Shown in pieces: positions 21,601 to 34,715 of a DNA stretch of 64,000 nucleotides. The stretch comes from Laetmonice hystrix. Its lineage: Eukaryota. Made by a program: the position numbers and the translations under genes. The first letter of the stretch is position 1, and the number at the start of each line of letters is the position of its first letter. The stretch spans positions 17,236,001 through 17,300,000 of the forward strand of contig OZ249444.1 in NCBI GenBank assembly GCA_965235115.1. The letters are read 5' to 3'. The notes beneath the pieces were generated by a model. The model saw nothing but the letters and a program-made list of their open reading frames with translations. It was not told the origin of the DNA and ran no database searches.

Positions 21601-24600
21601 TGAGTGGTTACGTATGGTACACCTGAACCCTCCTGTTTGTGGCCGACTGTACTTAAATACCTGCATTGATCCTCAAAAAGTGACAGATGAATGAAGTAAT
21701 GTCCACAATACAGTTTACAGTCACATAATACACAGTACACAGGCGATAAGCACTGATAACGATATGATATCATAATCACTGATATGGTAAGAAATCAGAG
21801 GAGGTAGCGATCAGCTACTAAAGTACAGTACCTAGTAGTACTCGCCAGGGATTGAACCCAATGGCCCTTGTCAGCCCACTGGGCAGTCTATTCTAGTCTT
21901 CATTTGCTACATTGAGGGAGGGGGAGCAAAGGAGTTCTTTTGACTTCATGTATGTACAGCATTTGTGCAACTCAGTAAATTTATCAAATTTGGTACTTTG
22001 GTCTTGAAGTGAGGAATATAATAATTGGACTTTTAAAATTATAAATAATTTTCTATTAAAATAATTCATGGTAGGGAAATTCTGAATATAAAAAAATGAG
22101 TGGATCATGTTAGTTATACAGGTAATCAATGTGTTTATGATGTTTTTTGGTTTTTATCTAGACATATAAACGACAATAATATTATTATTTATGATTTTTT
22201 TTTTTGGAGGGGGGGGGTTGTTGTTGTAGTTTTTTAGTTAGCTCCCTAATCTTGTATTTACCCGAAGTACAGGTACCTTGGGAAAAGTAGAAAAACAGTA
22301 ATAACTGCATTTCCTAGGATTTCAGTGTGAGAAAACCCCCCAGTTAATGGATTAAAGTACCATAGTACTGTAATCTTTTTAACCAGCACCATTCAGAGAT
22401 ACTTGTATATGTAGAGGTTACTGGTACAAGTCGTCAAGTGCATTATCTAAACAAAATCGATTTCATAACTGAAAAACGTCGATGAAAGAGACGTCAGAGT
22501 GCAATTTGTGTATTTCAGGGATGAAAGTTTTCAGGAAATTTCCTGAAATCAGGAAATTTGAAAAAAATCCCCCCCCCCCCCCCCCAAGAAATAACACCCA
22601 AAAAAGGAAATAGGCCTAGATCTATAGGCAAAAGAGGTAGGCCTAAGCCAAGGCTAAGTATTGCCCTGGACTGTGTGGTGGGCAATTAATATCAAATAAA
22701 ACAATATCCCCTTCCAGGACGTTTTTTAACACCATGCAGCTCAATATATCTCTACCTGCCAAAGTTCGTTTATAGATGGGGATATTAGAGTGTCTCAAAC
22801 CCGTCCAGTGTCACGGGTGCCACCGTGCATAGGCCGGTCTGCCGGGGGTGCTGGTCCCTGTAGCTGTGGTGACATCACTCACATAGACCGGCCCGCGTGG
22901 GCTGACTTCTACCGGCACGCGGTGGCGTCTGTCCCGTCTGGCAGGCACGGCCCCGTGTCGCTGTGGTGAGAGCGACTCACCTCAGGTAATGACTTCAGGC
23001 AAAATTGATGGTCAGGCAGCTGCGAAGCCCGTTGATTCAGGCTTGCCATTATGCCATATCCATGCGCGAGTTTTGCCTGAGCGCTCACTTAGTGATAGCA
23101 ACGAGACTATAGACAGACCGGTCTGTCTAGTCCCGGTGATAGTGATTAGGCTGACGAACTACGCACCATCACAATGTCACTCCTCACAGGAAACTGGGTC
23201 AATTTAGTTCTATGAATCTGCCTAGTATATATGTCAGTAAGTTCTCATAATGTGTTCTTGCATATAAATTTGAGGATAGTGGCATTACGTAAGTGGTTTT
23301 CACTGAAGTTTTGGGGTTGTCAGGACTTTTCATTACATTTGTCGATCAGTGCAGGTGTCCTGATAAGACCGGAAGTGACAATTTTCACAACAACATGAGT
23401 GGCACATGGACACACGGGCTGAACCACTCGACTCAGCGAAGCCTGTGTTGCTTGGCTGAGAGCCGCTGAGGGTCGTGACTGCTGAGGGTCAAGACTGATG
23501 GACAGCCTGTGTGGTCAGTCTAACACATGGAAGCTGTTTGACAACGTAATCGGTTGCATTTTGGACGCTAAAAGCCGACTGGATTCCAATGTTGGAGAGA
23601 GACGGCAGAGCCAGGCAGAGGTTGACAGTGACACTGAGTGACAGGCAAGCAACAGCCTTGAACAGGGGCATGGACTGATGAGTGATGGAGTCTATCCAGC
23701 AAATTTGCAGGGGTGGGGGGTTGAGGGGGGGGGGGTGGGGGGTGGGGGGTGGCGACTAAATACTGAGGGCTAGGCCCTATAATATATAATAGCTAGGAGG
23801 CCTTATCGGATCATGATTGTCTGCTGTTCCTAGCCTGACTTTTTTTAAGGGATGGGGGGGGGGTAAGCCTTGGATGTGCGCATGAACAAATATTAATTAT
23901 GGACATTGGCCCCCGCCGCTCCCCCCCGGTCAGAATTTCAGGAAATTTTACAGCTGGCCACTTTCATCCCTGGTATTTGAACCTCAGGGGGCAGCATTAA
24001 CCGTGATTCAGTCATGCAGAAGTCTGAACGTAGTTCTCGGCAGGAATCAGGTCATCAGTTAAAACCACATTTATGTGGTTTGCTGAGGTATAAATCCCAG
24101 AGAATAACACAGTCATAACTCATAAGGTCAACCCAAACTGGCTGTCTTCATGTCATAATGTCACGAATTTACCCGTAATTTCTGTTTCTGATGAACAAAA
24201 GAATCTTTATGTGGGCGATTCCATGAAAATGTGGACATGATCAGTAAAAATTCAAAATGCCCCAATTCATGATTTGTTGATAATTTTCATAAGCTTACAT
24301 TATTGTTCTCAGAAAGTCAAAAGATCTGTGATCAGGTAGTCCTGTATGTATGATTTTTTAACCCTTTCTCTGCTAGTACCTAATTTCGGAAAACAAATGG
24401 TTAATCTGGCATAACTTGCTATATAGGCTGTCTCTCATTGGTATTGATATAGCAACTATCTTCCAACCTGAACTGATAGTTTATAGTAAGGTCTCAATGC
24501 CATCACTTGTATATTGAACTTGGACCTTTTTCACATTTCCGAAATTTGGCTTGAAATTTGCCGAGCCTCAGTGTCCCGTACGACACCCAAATTTTAAATT

Positions 24601-27600
24601 TATTTTATTACCATTTGTCCATAATGATGTACAACAGTGGTAATAAAATTTTTCTGAGTGTTAGTCCAGAGCAACAATATTAACCATATTTCCATAAATT
24701 CTACTTATTGCAAGATGATTAAAAAGCAATTATTTATCCGTCCCGTACGACATTTTGTCCCGTACAACACCTTTGTCCCGTACGACACCACAACAGTTTC
24801 CAGCTGATAAAAGTCTGCAAAGGACTTTGCTGATGTAGCAAGACGGTTACTAAACTAAGCCATGTGGTCTTACATCTGTCACAGAATGAGATTGATAAAA
24901 GAGTTGAAGTTCTGAGTCTGAATCCTTGGGATACTGAGCCAGATGCAATTACAGGCATTTAGAAAATTCATGTTATTCAAATCATGATTTAGAAAGTGGA
25001 ATAACCAGGTTGTGGCTGGATGCTATGGAAACAGCTCCCACAGTTACTCTGGGCTGCTGCTATGTCTGCTTTACCAGATTCCACTTGTTGATAACTACCA
25101 GGGGGGGGGGGATCAGTTCCTTCGCGAAATCATGGAAGTAAAGGATGATGAAATTGAGGTTTCAGTAATGCATGTACATCTGGCAAACATTTTCAATGGC
25201 CAAGCCCTGTCGACAGCATCTATTACAATAGAAAACATTGAAAGAAAAATAAAGCCATCTGAAGCTGCTGGACAGAGGCCAGTTCCTCTTCCCTGATTAT
25301 TACTGGACACTTTAAAAATTGATTATCTTCTCAGTTCCTACAAATTTGGGTATAAAAATCTCCGAAAATAACAAAAAGAGTTGCTGCATTCATATAAATT
25401 GTATGCCTTTTGTGGTAAGATCGGGGCTTGTGTTATACAGGTCTTCAGATCTCAGAAAGCCATACTACCGGTATTGTCATATTTTTACTGCTCTGAACAT
25501 TGTGAGAAATGTTTTAGGATTTCTTGTTGAATAGTTTTGTTATAAGGTCATAGAAGCAGACTGTTCAGTTCCAACGGGTTTACTTTTAGTAAACATCTCG
25601 GGAGAAACCCTCAAAAAGTACTCAAAAAGTAGTGTTTATCAAAAATATCGTTGCCATCTTGTTAAATAGATTTATGAATTTGCATAATTTTTTTGCTGCT
25701 GTGCTAAATTCTTCATAAAATGATAAAATAAAATAAAATAAGTGATTTATTACTTCACTTCACTTCATTTTTATATCTTTCTAGCTAAATTTCATCTTGT
25801 ATCAACATTGTTATTGCCAGGAAGGGAGATTATTTATGTTTTAGGGGTGTGGACAAATACGTCCCGTACGACACTTTTTTAATTGTCCCGTACGACACCA
25901 CACATTTTTGGGCCTGCCTAAACTAAATAAATAGGGAAAAGGAAAAGTGACTATCAGTTAGCTAGAGGACCTATCAGATGATGTTTTAATGTTCATGTAA
26001 AGTTTGTTACTAATACCAATTCACAGACTTTTTCAGATGTGTAATCTAGTATCAAAGGTGGTGTCCGTTTTGTTGTCCCGTACGACACCACACACTTTTT
26101 AAAAATACCAATCTATAAAACAGTTCCCATTCCAGAAGTTGGTGTTCCTGTGTAACTCACCTCTGACCACATCTCTGTAATACATTTAATCCTATATTTC
26201 TTAGGAAATCTAGGCTCCATAAGTAAAAATATCCTACAATTGTCCCGTACGACACCTCATGGAATCGCCCATGTACATATTTGTATGTGTCAGTTCTAGT
26301 GCATTGAGAACATGAAATGAGATGTAGGAACTGTTGTTGTTGAAGCTGTACCTGCTGGCGGCTCCGCCCAACAAGCTGACGATGGCCGTGTTCCGTATCC
26401 ACATGCACTGCCTCAGTGGCGCCACCATTGCCGTCGTATTCCCAGTTGTCAACACCAGACTGGTAAGTAGTCACGCCTGGATGGAGTACGTCAGCTCTTT
26501 CTGTCTCGGATAGTACTGGAATATATCCAGATATTTAGGCCAACTTTGGCCCTTTATCTCTGATGCCACATTAACAAAATAAAACTTGCAATTGCCAAAT
26601 GATTAAAAGTAGTTTTTTTTTAAATCAGACAATTATTTAAAACATATATGTCAGCTGAGATTATTTTCCTATCATCACACCCAAAACATTTCTGCTTTGG
26701 TTTTCAGTTGCCGATGGAAACTGAAATATACTACATACAACATGTACTGATGCTTGTCATCCCATTCTACCTTATGAGGATTGGAGGTGGGTACTCCCAT
26801 ACACTGATTATTATAGTCTCATGAAAGTAGGTCATTAACCATGTTTTCTAATCAAGATATTCTACATTCTTAACATCCCAGTGACTTAGCCCCCCCCCCC
26901 TAAACATGGTTGCTTTACTAATTGCTGTGCATTAGCTAAAAAGATAAGATTTAATTCGTAGTGTTGAGAGGTACATTGTTAATTATGGTAGGTGTGTTTC
27001 AAGATTTTTTCAGTTGGAATTTGTATCTTACATACATTTTGATCATCTACTTACAAATTCTGGTTTCGTCTGAAATATATGTGTATTTACAACAATGTGT
27101 AGATCATATATATTTGAAGACAAAATGCTATCTTGTGTCACATTTATTTGGTTTTAGTTGTACAAAAGCTGTTAGGAAGTTTGTCCAGATTAAACTAGTT
27201 TTAGTCTTAGATTTGTTTTTTTTTAATCTGAATTTGAAGATAAAGGAAAGAGAATGATCCTGTGTTGACCTTTGTGAACTGGTCTCTGGAGCGTGAAAGA
27301 CTCCTACCATGAATGAGACCTTCACGGTTGAACTGGCCCCGACTCTCTGACCTATAGCTCAGCCTAAACTAGTAGTTACCGCATTGATGTGATTAATTGT
27401 GGTACGGGAAAAAAGCTTGTACTGTGAGCATACTTAATGTGGCCTTTCTGGGTAGGGGGTTCCCTTGTAGTTGGAGGCATGCCTACTACTGGGGCATTGA
27501 GTTACATACGTCGTTTGCTCCGTGCTGATGTGATACTGGTATTTGTTACAGGTGTCTACCGAACCGAGGCTCTTTCCGACTTTAACTGGGCGCTGATGGC

Positions 27601-28297
27601 CAAGGGCTTGCTCTATCTCTACCACTGGCTTCCTTTACAGTGGCTTGCCATAGTAAGTCACTAACAGATACCCATACTTCCAGCAGTATAAATGATCTCT
27701 AATGTTATGTACATGCAATGTGTGCTAAAGATTTGAAGGATTGAGAATAGCATTTGATCATTTGAAAGGAGAAGGAAAATATTCTGTGCTGAAGTATTTC
27801 TGGTATTTATTGTCGGGTGTGGTTGATAAGGTTGTGGCCCAGGTCCTGACTTTCCGGGAATTGGAATAGATTGAAAATTAAGTTCCCCACACCAAGTATA
27901 TTAATAATTGAATAGTAAGGTCCTAACTGACCAGGAATGCTACTGCGAGTATCTTGAACCATATTAGATTTTAAATATTTTGCCACTTTTAAAACATGAC
28001 ACTCCCAACCACAATGATTATCATGCTCAGGGGGCGCCCTCGTGCCTTAATTTCGCCCTCTCTCATTTTTCATGTATTCTCTATTTTTAGAACTCGCTGG
28101 TGAACCTGAATAATATGGTGTGTCCGGCCATCTCTGACCCGTTCTATGGCAAGTACTACAGAATGTGTGCTGCAGTTCATCAGACTGCTACGGTTCTTCT
28201 TCACGGCAAACTCTATACATGGGTCGCCAGAAAGTTCTTACCAAAACGGCGGGACCTCATGGTGGAGGAAAGCAACGGCCACGCTAAGCTCCATTGA
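18620..28297 (+). CDS. TMEM164: Transmembrane protein 164 (ether-phospholipid acyltransferase family), 284 aa
   Basis: Exons 18620-18970, 26346-26462, 26708-26786, 27552-27652, 28091-28297 (855 nt, in frame, GT-AG). Motifs [26 protein letters not shown] (putative catalytic Cys codon 18947-18949), [15 protein letters not shown] and [17 protein letters not shown] match TMEM164. Confidence 0.96.
22516..23972. mobile_element. Non-autonomous hAT-like DNA transposon, 1457 bp, with 6-bp TSD
   Basis: Perfect 13-bp TIR CAGGGATGAAAGT / ACTTTCATCCCTG; GTATTT directly on both flanks; TCAGGAAATTT subterminal motifs at both ends; no transposase ORF. Confidence 0.8.
24571..26258. mobile_element. Probable DNA-transposon remnant with 8 co-oriented GTCCCGTACGACAC motifs
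   Basis: Motif or a one-mismatch variant at about 24573, 24740, 24757, 24775, 25861, 25885, 26075 and 26242. Only one candidate terminus is visible (...GACACCTC at 26258). Confidence 0.55.
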
Positions 28298-28753
28298 GTA
28301 TTGCTCCCTCTAGTGGTGAACTGTATAACTAAATCAGATAGAAAGATTGAAGACTTGACGTCACAAAGGGGATTCATGCAGTGTGACGTCATGTTTTTAA
28401 AATTGGCTGAAATGTGATTCTCTTCTACCAGGCTCACATAGTACTAGACAAGTACAGTATGATTACTGACACACACACATGCACACCCCCACGTGCGCTC
28501 ACAGATAGATGTGTATTATGGGGAAGATTTGTATAAATGTACATAATATCAATATGTGTGCATGGGTGTGCATACATATATTGTATTGTTTTATCCCCTT
28601 CAATATTTGATCTCCTACCAGACACATATTGATTGAGAAGCTCATTTTAAGTTGTACAAATGAACAAAAATGTGACATCAGACTAAAAGGTGATGAATGA
28701 TTTGTGTGTTTGGATGGAGACACAACCCAGGGAAGGCCATTCATGATACTTCA

Positions 28754-29120
28754 GACATGGTGACAAGACATGTTGACAGACACGGCGAAGGTGGTGGAGA
28801 CATGGTGACAGACGTGTTGACAGACACGGTGAAGGTGGTGGAGACATGGTGACAGACGTGTTGACAGACACGGTGAAGGTGGTGGAGACATAGTGACAGA
28901 CGTGTTGACAGACATGGTGACAGATGGTGTGAATGTAAAGAATGACAGGTGCCAGTGACAGGCACGGTGACAGATGATGTGACAGGCAAGGAATGGGTGC
29001 AGATAGCAGTGACAGAAGAAACAACATAATGTAGTGACAGGATACTGACAGGGTAGTCCGAGTGACAGGCGAAAGGACAATCACAAAAATAGAAATAGTG
29101 ACAGTCAAAGTGACAGACAC
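28754..29120. repeat. 44-bp tandem repeat (3.5 copies) decaying into a TGACAG-rich tract in the probable TMEM164 3' UTR
   Basis: Units start at 28754, 28799, 28843 and 28887 (GACATGGTGACAGACGTGTTGACAGACACGGTGAAGGTGGTGGA). A candidate AATAAA lies at 29262. Confidence 0.85.
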
Positions 29121-32075
29121 ATGGACAGATAGACACCCCTCCAGTGACTGGTGGTACTAAGGAAGGGTACTTGGCATCGTGATGGGAAGTGCCCACAAGT
29201 ACCAGTACACCTAATAGTAAAGCTCCATGACATTTCCCATTTAATATTTCTGTACTTGTTCAATAAAAGTACAATGAAAGTAGTATTACAATGATTTTAA
29301 AACAATACATACCTACTGCGAGTGGTGTAAATTGTACTGTACTATAGAAAAAATTACATTACCTTCGATGGTGTGAGTACCAAACCATGTGGTGTTGGGT
29401 GGAAGTTTTGGAGCGTGTCTTTAAAACCCTCTGGCGCATTCGTAGCGCTTGTTTATATATAAACGTTGGCGTATATGTTCATCTGGCAGTGGCCGTAAAT
29501 CTGAGAATGGAGACTCTAAAAGTGATGTAATGTAAAAAAGCCAGGTTGTAGAGCTGGATATGTAACCATTTTAATTCGGGCCAAATCGAAAGAGATGGAA
29601 GAGATTCTGTGTTTTCTTAAGTTTGGGGCCACTATGAGATAAAGTTACACACCAACGTGTTCATAAGATAAATGTTTACAATAAAGACGTATGTTGTATG
29701 TTTGGGGTTGACGGATGAATCACTACACATGTATTACAAACCCTCCGTCTTGGAGAGAGACAGGTGTTTGACAGACCTCGCAGTCGGTCTCAGTGCGGCT
29801 CAACCTGAAGGATTTCACATTCAGGGATACCACACAAACTGAAATTCCCGAAGCTTGTACACAGAGAATAATTCACAAAGTAGGAGAGCTGATGAATGAA
29901 ATCTTTTAGTCCAGGATGTAGGAAAGTTTTATCGTCAGGGGAGTACTATGGGACCATACTGAACACAAGTCCGATCATTCTTTGTGTATCTATCTTACCA
30001 CAGTGTTTCTCCTCCCTATATTTGTGTATGCGAGCCCCAAATAACACCGTTTTACACTGTGACTGTAACAAAACATCAAGTATTGCGAAATACCACTTTG
30101 ACATTTCTCGTGTTTCAATGAAACATTGATGGAAAACAGGTATGAGGGAAATTGGGCAGACATAATCTTTGGTGATCCGGTCTAAGTACTGCAGGTTAAC
30201 TGATGGAGCCAGGGAACTGCAAACTTACGTGAGATCTGGGTCTGGGTGCATTGAATCTAGTGACTACTGAGTACTTTAAATCTCCCTCACCAAACAATCA
30301 ATCCGATTTTTGTGTTTTTATTCCCAGAGCATATTTTGTGACGTAAGGGTGTAAGTATTAACTTTGGTATTGACCAATGAAACTCGGTTATTCAGTCGGC
30401 GGTGTTATACCACCGTATATGATATTAGGCTGGAGAAGTCGTGTGACGACTCAAGCCAGTCGTGAGGCCCCAGCCAGTTTGATAACATTTACCCGAGTTA
30501 CCAAGGGCAATGGGTGACATCTGTTGGGGGAGGGGGGGGGGGCAATGTTTCAAGTTCAGGACCGAGGTAAGGTATCTTAACCCTGTAGCAGCGCAGCCCA
30601 AATTTCAGAATCTAGTCACCCAAAGTAGATTTCGTACTGGCTGAGTGAAAAGGTTGGACCTCTACGTTTGATGTTGAACTAGATTATCCGGCCTGAGGGG
30701 CTCCTTCAAGTAATGTCAGTGAATTGTGTAGACATTCTGTCACAACTGATTGGACAGTTTTGCAGTATATCTCAGGCACTTGTGGTATTTGTCATGTTGG
30801 TTAGAACATGTCATTATGACAGGATTAATGAGTAATAAAACGATCCATGTCCTATATATATGTAATAGCAGTGCCTCGGAATATTATACAGCAGGAAATG
30901 TGAGAAAATAATTTATTTCACCGAGGTTAAACATGCACGAAAGAAAAATGAAGTGGAGCTTTAGTTCTAGGTTTTTAATCCATTTGATACCATCAATATT
31001 TTGAGTATTCCATACCACATTAAGTTATAACATTCGTGTTCAGTTCTGAATGTCGAGTAGTTTGATGGAGTTTGTAGAATTGTGCAGACCTCACTTAGTG
31101 GGGTGACAGATGAAGAGATCTCAGGCTTTCTGTACAGTTTGTGGTCAGTACATGTTTTCTAGCCTTCGCAGTATCGCTAAAACGCCATTTTTTGCCTTTT
31201 GATTTAGCTAGAGGTGTTCCATAGATATGTCGGGTGGCTATGTCAGTATATGTCACAATGGTTATGTTTGCCGGCTCAAGTTTTACAGGCATGTGGTTAT
31301 GTTGTCAGAGGCAAGTGTTTAGGGATTAGGAATTTAATCCGTGTTCACCGTGCCCATCCTTTGTTTATGTAAACCAGGTTTACTGTCCTGTATAACAGTC
31401 TGTGTCTGTATGTCCATTTAAAAGTTTAGTAAATCACGATTATAGCAGCCATGATCGTCGACCACAGTATTTTCTGATGTGTTGTCTGTCTGTAAATGTA
31501 GCATTCTCCCATTGAACGATCCTGATTGGCTTGGCACAGTCACCTGGTGGGTTGTGACGTCACGTGAAAGGGGGACGCCCGAGAATAAATTACAATGGTT
31601 TAATTCCGAAGCCTATTAACATCCTAATTGTCCTATGTAAGTTTATTAATACAGTCCGACCTCATTAATCAGTGCTTCTTTAATCCGTATACCTCACACT
31701 TTCTGGTACCGTAACCTCTTCTGCCATTTTCTATTAAATGATTCAGTAATCCGTATGTTTCACAATCCCAAACATTTTAATGGGCACCAAGCTGTTGGAT
31801 AAACAAGGTCTGTATTGTTTGGTCGAGCTTGTGGCTGCAAATAGGAGAAAAATGGAATATAAAATTTGAAATATAAACAAAGCTACTTGTCACAACACTA
31901 CCATAACATTGTTCATAACATTAAGGTGAGATTCTGTGTTTCTCAACTTTGTGATGTATAATTCTTGCCATGGCTTTACGTTGACTGGATTAAGATGGGT
32001 TGGGTTTAGATTGGAGAGGGGTTGAGATGGGTCCAAGGGGTTGAGATGTTAGGGGCGACTCGTACAAACCTTGGT

Positions 32076-32685
32076 CCGCTTGGTGGCAGCACTGTCGCAC
32101 CGGTCCTCACTCTAACAATGTAGCACAAGATTAAATAGGACGACGAAATACCAAGCTTTGTCCGGATGTGTTACGTTTTGTTATGGAAAATTACAGTGTG
32201 TATGAATTCCTGAACTCGTAGAACCTTTAAATGTTACGATATTTCATAATAATTACAGCTACTGGACCCTTGCAGATATTAGACCATCCAAACCAATACT
32301 AATGTGCTACAGCAGGGACCGGTACGACAGTGCTGCCCTCACGTGGATGTGTCTGGAGTGCCCTGTTGCGCATTCGTCTCAAGTCTCCCAATGAACATGA
32401 CAATAGGGGCTTGCTATATGTTTTTGGGTAGCCTATAGCCGAAATAGGGACACCACTATAATGGCTATAATGAGCCCGACAATATCATGGCCTAATGAAT
32501 GGCCTACCATGTTGAGAGCTAGTCATCAGGGATTCAGGGTGTTGGGCGGATGCAACACGACCTAATGGTAAAATGTATAGGCCTGGTAGGCAGTGCCTAC
32601 CAGGTGGCAGCACTTGGAGGGGACAGGACGTTAGCGACACCTGGCGGATCACTAGGTGGGGCCCGCCGTCCGCCAGAGGGTAGTA
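32076..32685 (+). promoter_or_regulatory. Cluster of four co-oriented CTCF-like motifs (candidate insulator)
   Basis: CCGCTTGGTGGCAGCAC 32076-32092; CTACCAGGTGGCAGCAC 32597-32613; TCACTAGGTGGGGCCC 32649-32664; CCGCCAGAGGGTAGTA 32670-32685. Motif resemblance only. Confidence 0.45.
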
Positions 32686-34715
32686 ACGTTCCGCTCAACG
32701 GGTCGCTACTGGAGCGACCAGCAGAGACCCCTATGGGCGCAGTTGGGAATAGTGGGCCATATTGGATCTCAAGTCTCCAACGCACAATTATGAAGTGTAT
32801 CAATTACAGATATATAAAGTTATCCACAGACTCACCAACCAGTAAGAATTAGATCGAAGCCAATCCCATGTTTTCGATTATCTGTTAGGCTAAGTGAACA
32901 ATGAGATAGGAATTAGGGCTCGCTGCCGCTGGGGCGTTCTCTAACGTCGTAAGTTTCGTAAAAATATGATTCATTCCAGGTTCAGCCTTAATCCTTGATG
33001 AAACCCAACGGTAAAGCTAAGCTATCTGAAACATGCAACCTTTCCTTTTTGGCTAAAGAGTTGTTACAGGTTTTAATTCTACATTGTCTGGTGGGCTGAC
33101 ACAGTGACGTCAAGGACCTGTCATTGGTGGCTTCCATGTCACGTGGGAGCATGTATCTAGATGAGTATTGGGGGAAGACGAGTAAAGAATCCAGTAGATT
33201 TAAAGACTCGTGTTCATTTAGTGAACCGTCGAGGAAGACTAACACACGATTCTTCCATTGTCTGTGCCTGTATGCTATGGCAGGGATTGAGTGTGGGACT
33301 AACGCATCGTAATACATCAAATTCAATCATGTAATACTATAAATCCACCCATTCTTCGTCCATACTATATTATAGACTCTATAGTAAACTGCCCAAGTGG
33401 TAGAAAATATCTTTCCTGAGTAAACGGCATGACATGTAAAGTAACTCTTGAAAAGCACTTGCATGCTCTAATTAATGTACGTAGCCTTCCAAGAAGAAAC
33501 TTGACATTATTTAGTTTCACGGTCTTGCAATATGTAAGCCTGTATGTATATCGTGCCTTTACTTGAGGTCATTGTTATGCCCTAATGAATGCACTGCAAT
33601 GACTGAATGTTTTGTGAGATATTTTATCCCAACTTCTGTTGTAGTGTTCTATAAGTAGATCAAATCGTCTGTATCTTATAGGCTACATTTTTACTTGCAT
33701 GCATAACCAGTGTCTTCATAATGAAATAATCCCATCAGACGTCAGTGACAGTGCATGTGTGGCCAACGTGCTATTCTTATTCGCCCATTGCTGTCACTGA
33801 GAGCGGTTCATAAGTTTTAACTACTGGTTCAAACAATAGTTAAACCATAGAAAACGATTGTAGCATGAGGCCGGCACTCAGGCTGTAGAAGAGAGAAGAG
33901 CGTGGACTTTGCTGCAGAAAAATAACACTGCAGGCCCACTTGCCTTCCCCCCCCCCCCCCCTTCAATTGCTCACAGTTGATTTCACAAAGTGTGACATGA
34001 TGTAAAGTATATGCTTGGTGAATAGATGAAGAAAATCATCCATCATGGACAAAAGTACACTCTATCTTACACTGTACTACCATACTATCTTCGACCTGGA
34101 TCTTTGAGATGCCTTGGCGATGTTAGTGTGCTGCCTAGTCCAAACGTTTTGGAGGTTATTCGTGGCTTCCTTATGTGTTACAGAATATACACCAGTGACC
34201 TGGCTCTGTTTTAGTCATTGTGGATGCAACTTGAACAACCTATATGTTACTTATCCCCATTTTCTTAAACCTTCTGATGTTATTGAATGATTTTGGGGAA
34301 TTCAACCTCAAGTACCCTGATGATGATCTTAATGTGCCGAACCTGTGGTAAATCAGAATGTCAAAATAATGAATGGATTTCTGGGCTTCTGTTGTTCAGC
34401 ATCCGATTTTAATAATTATTATGGAATTAAATTTTGGGTACGAGCGAGGGGGAGGGGTGAGCGTAACCAGATATTATTCAGGAGGCAATTATTTTGGTGT
34501 TTCCCCCCTACATCCTTCGGACCGGTACAATCTGTTTTAAATATAGTTATGGCTCAAGTCAATACTTGGCCGATCTGTCAGGCACGTAAGCATATTATTA
34601 AATCGCACGTGTAGTGTTCGGTGCACCCGGACTAGGAAGTAACACTGTGCGTTATATTCAGATAATTCGTGCTTACACTCAGTCTTTACCTGATCGTTAG
34701 TCTGGATTCTAAGGA

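Noticed and set aside
21840-21890. tRNA or SINE candidate (minus-strand B-box GGTTCAATCCC)
   Set aside because: No cloverleaf or clear A-box could be built; at most a decayed SINE fragment.
28683-29196. ORFs of 109-151 aa rich in His, Val, Cys and Ser
   Set aside because: Products of the 44-bp/TGACAG repeat read in three frames.
31095-31292. 65-aa minus ORF (MPVKLEPANIT...) with a protein-like look
   Set aside because: No recognisable motif, an in-frame stop just before the only donor-like GTGAGG, and no partner exons found.
32988-33326. 112-aa minus ORF with VFLDGS, resembling the RNase H motif (I/V)(F/Y)TDGS
   Set aside because: The downstream RNase H Gly/Glu/Asp motifs are absent and there is no adjacent RT or integrase sequence; likely chance.
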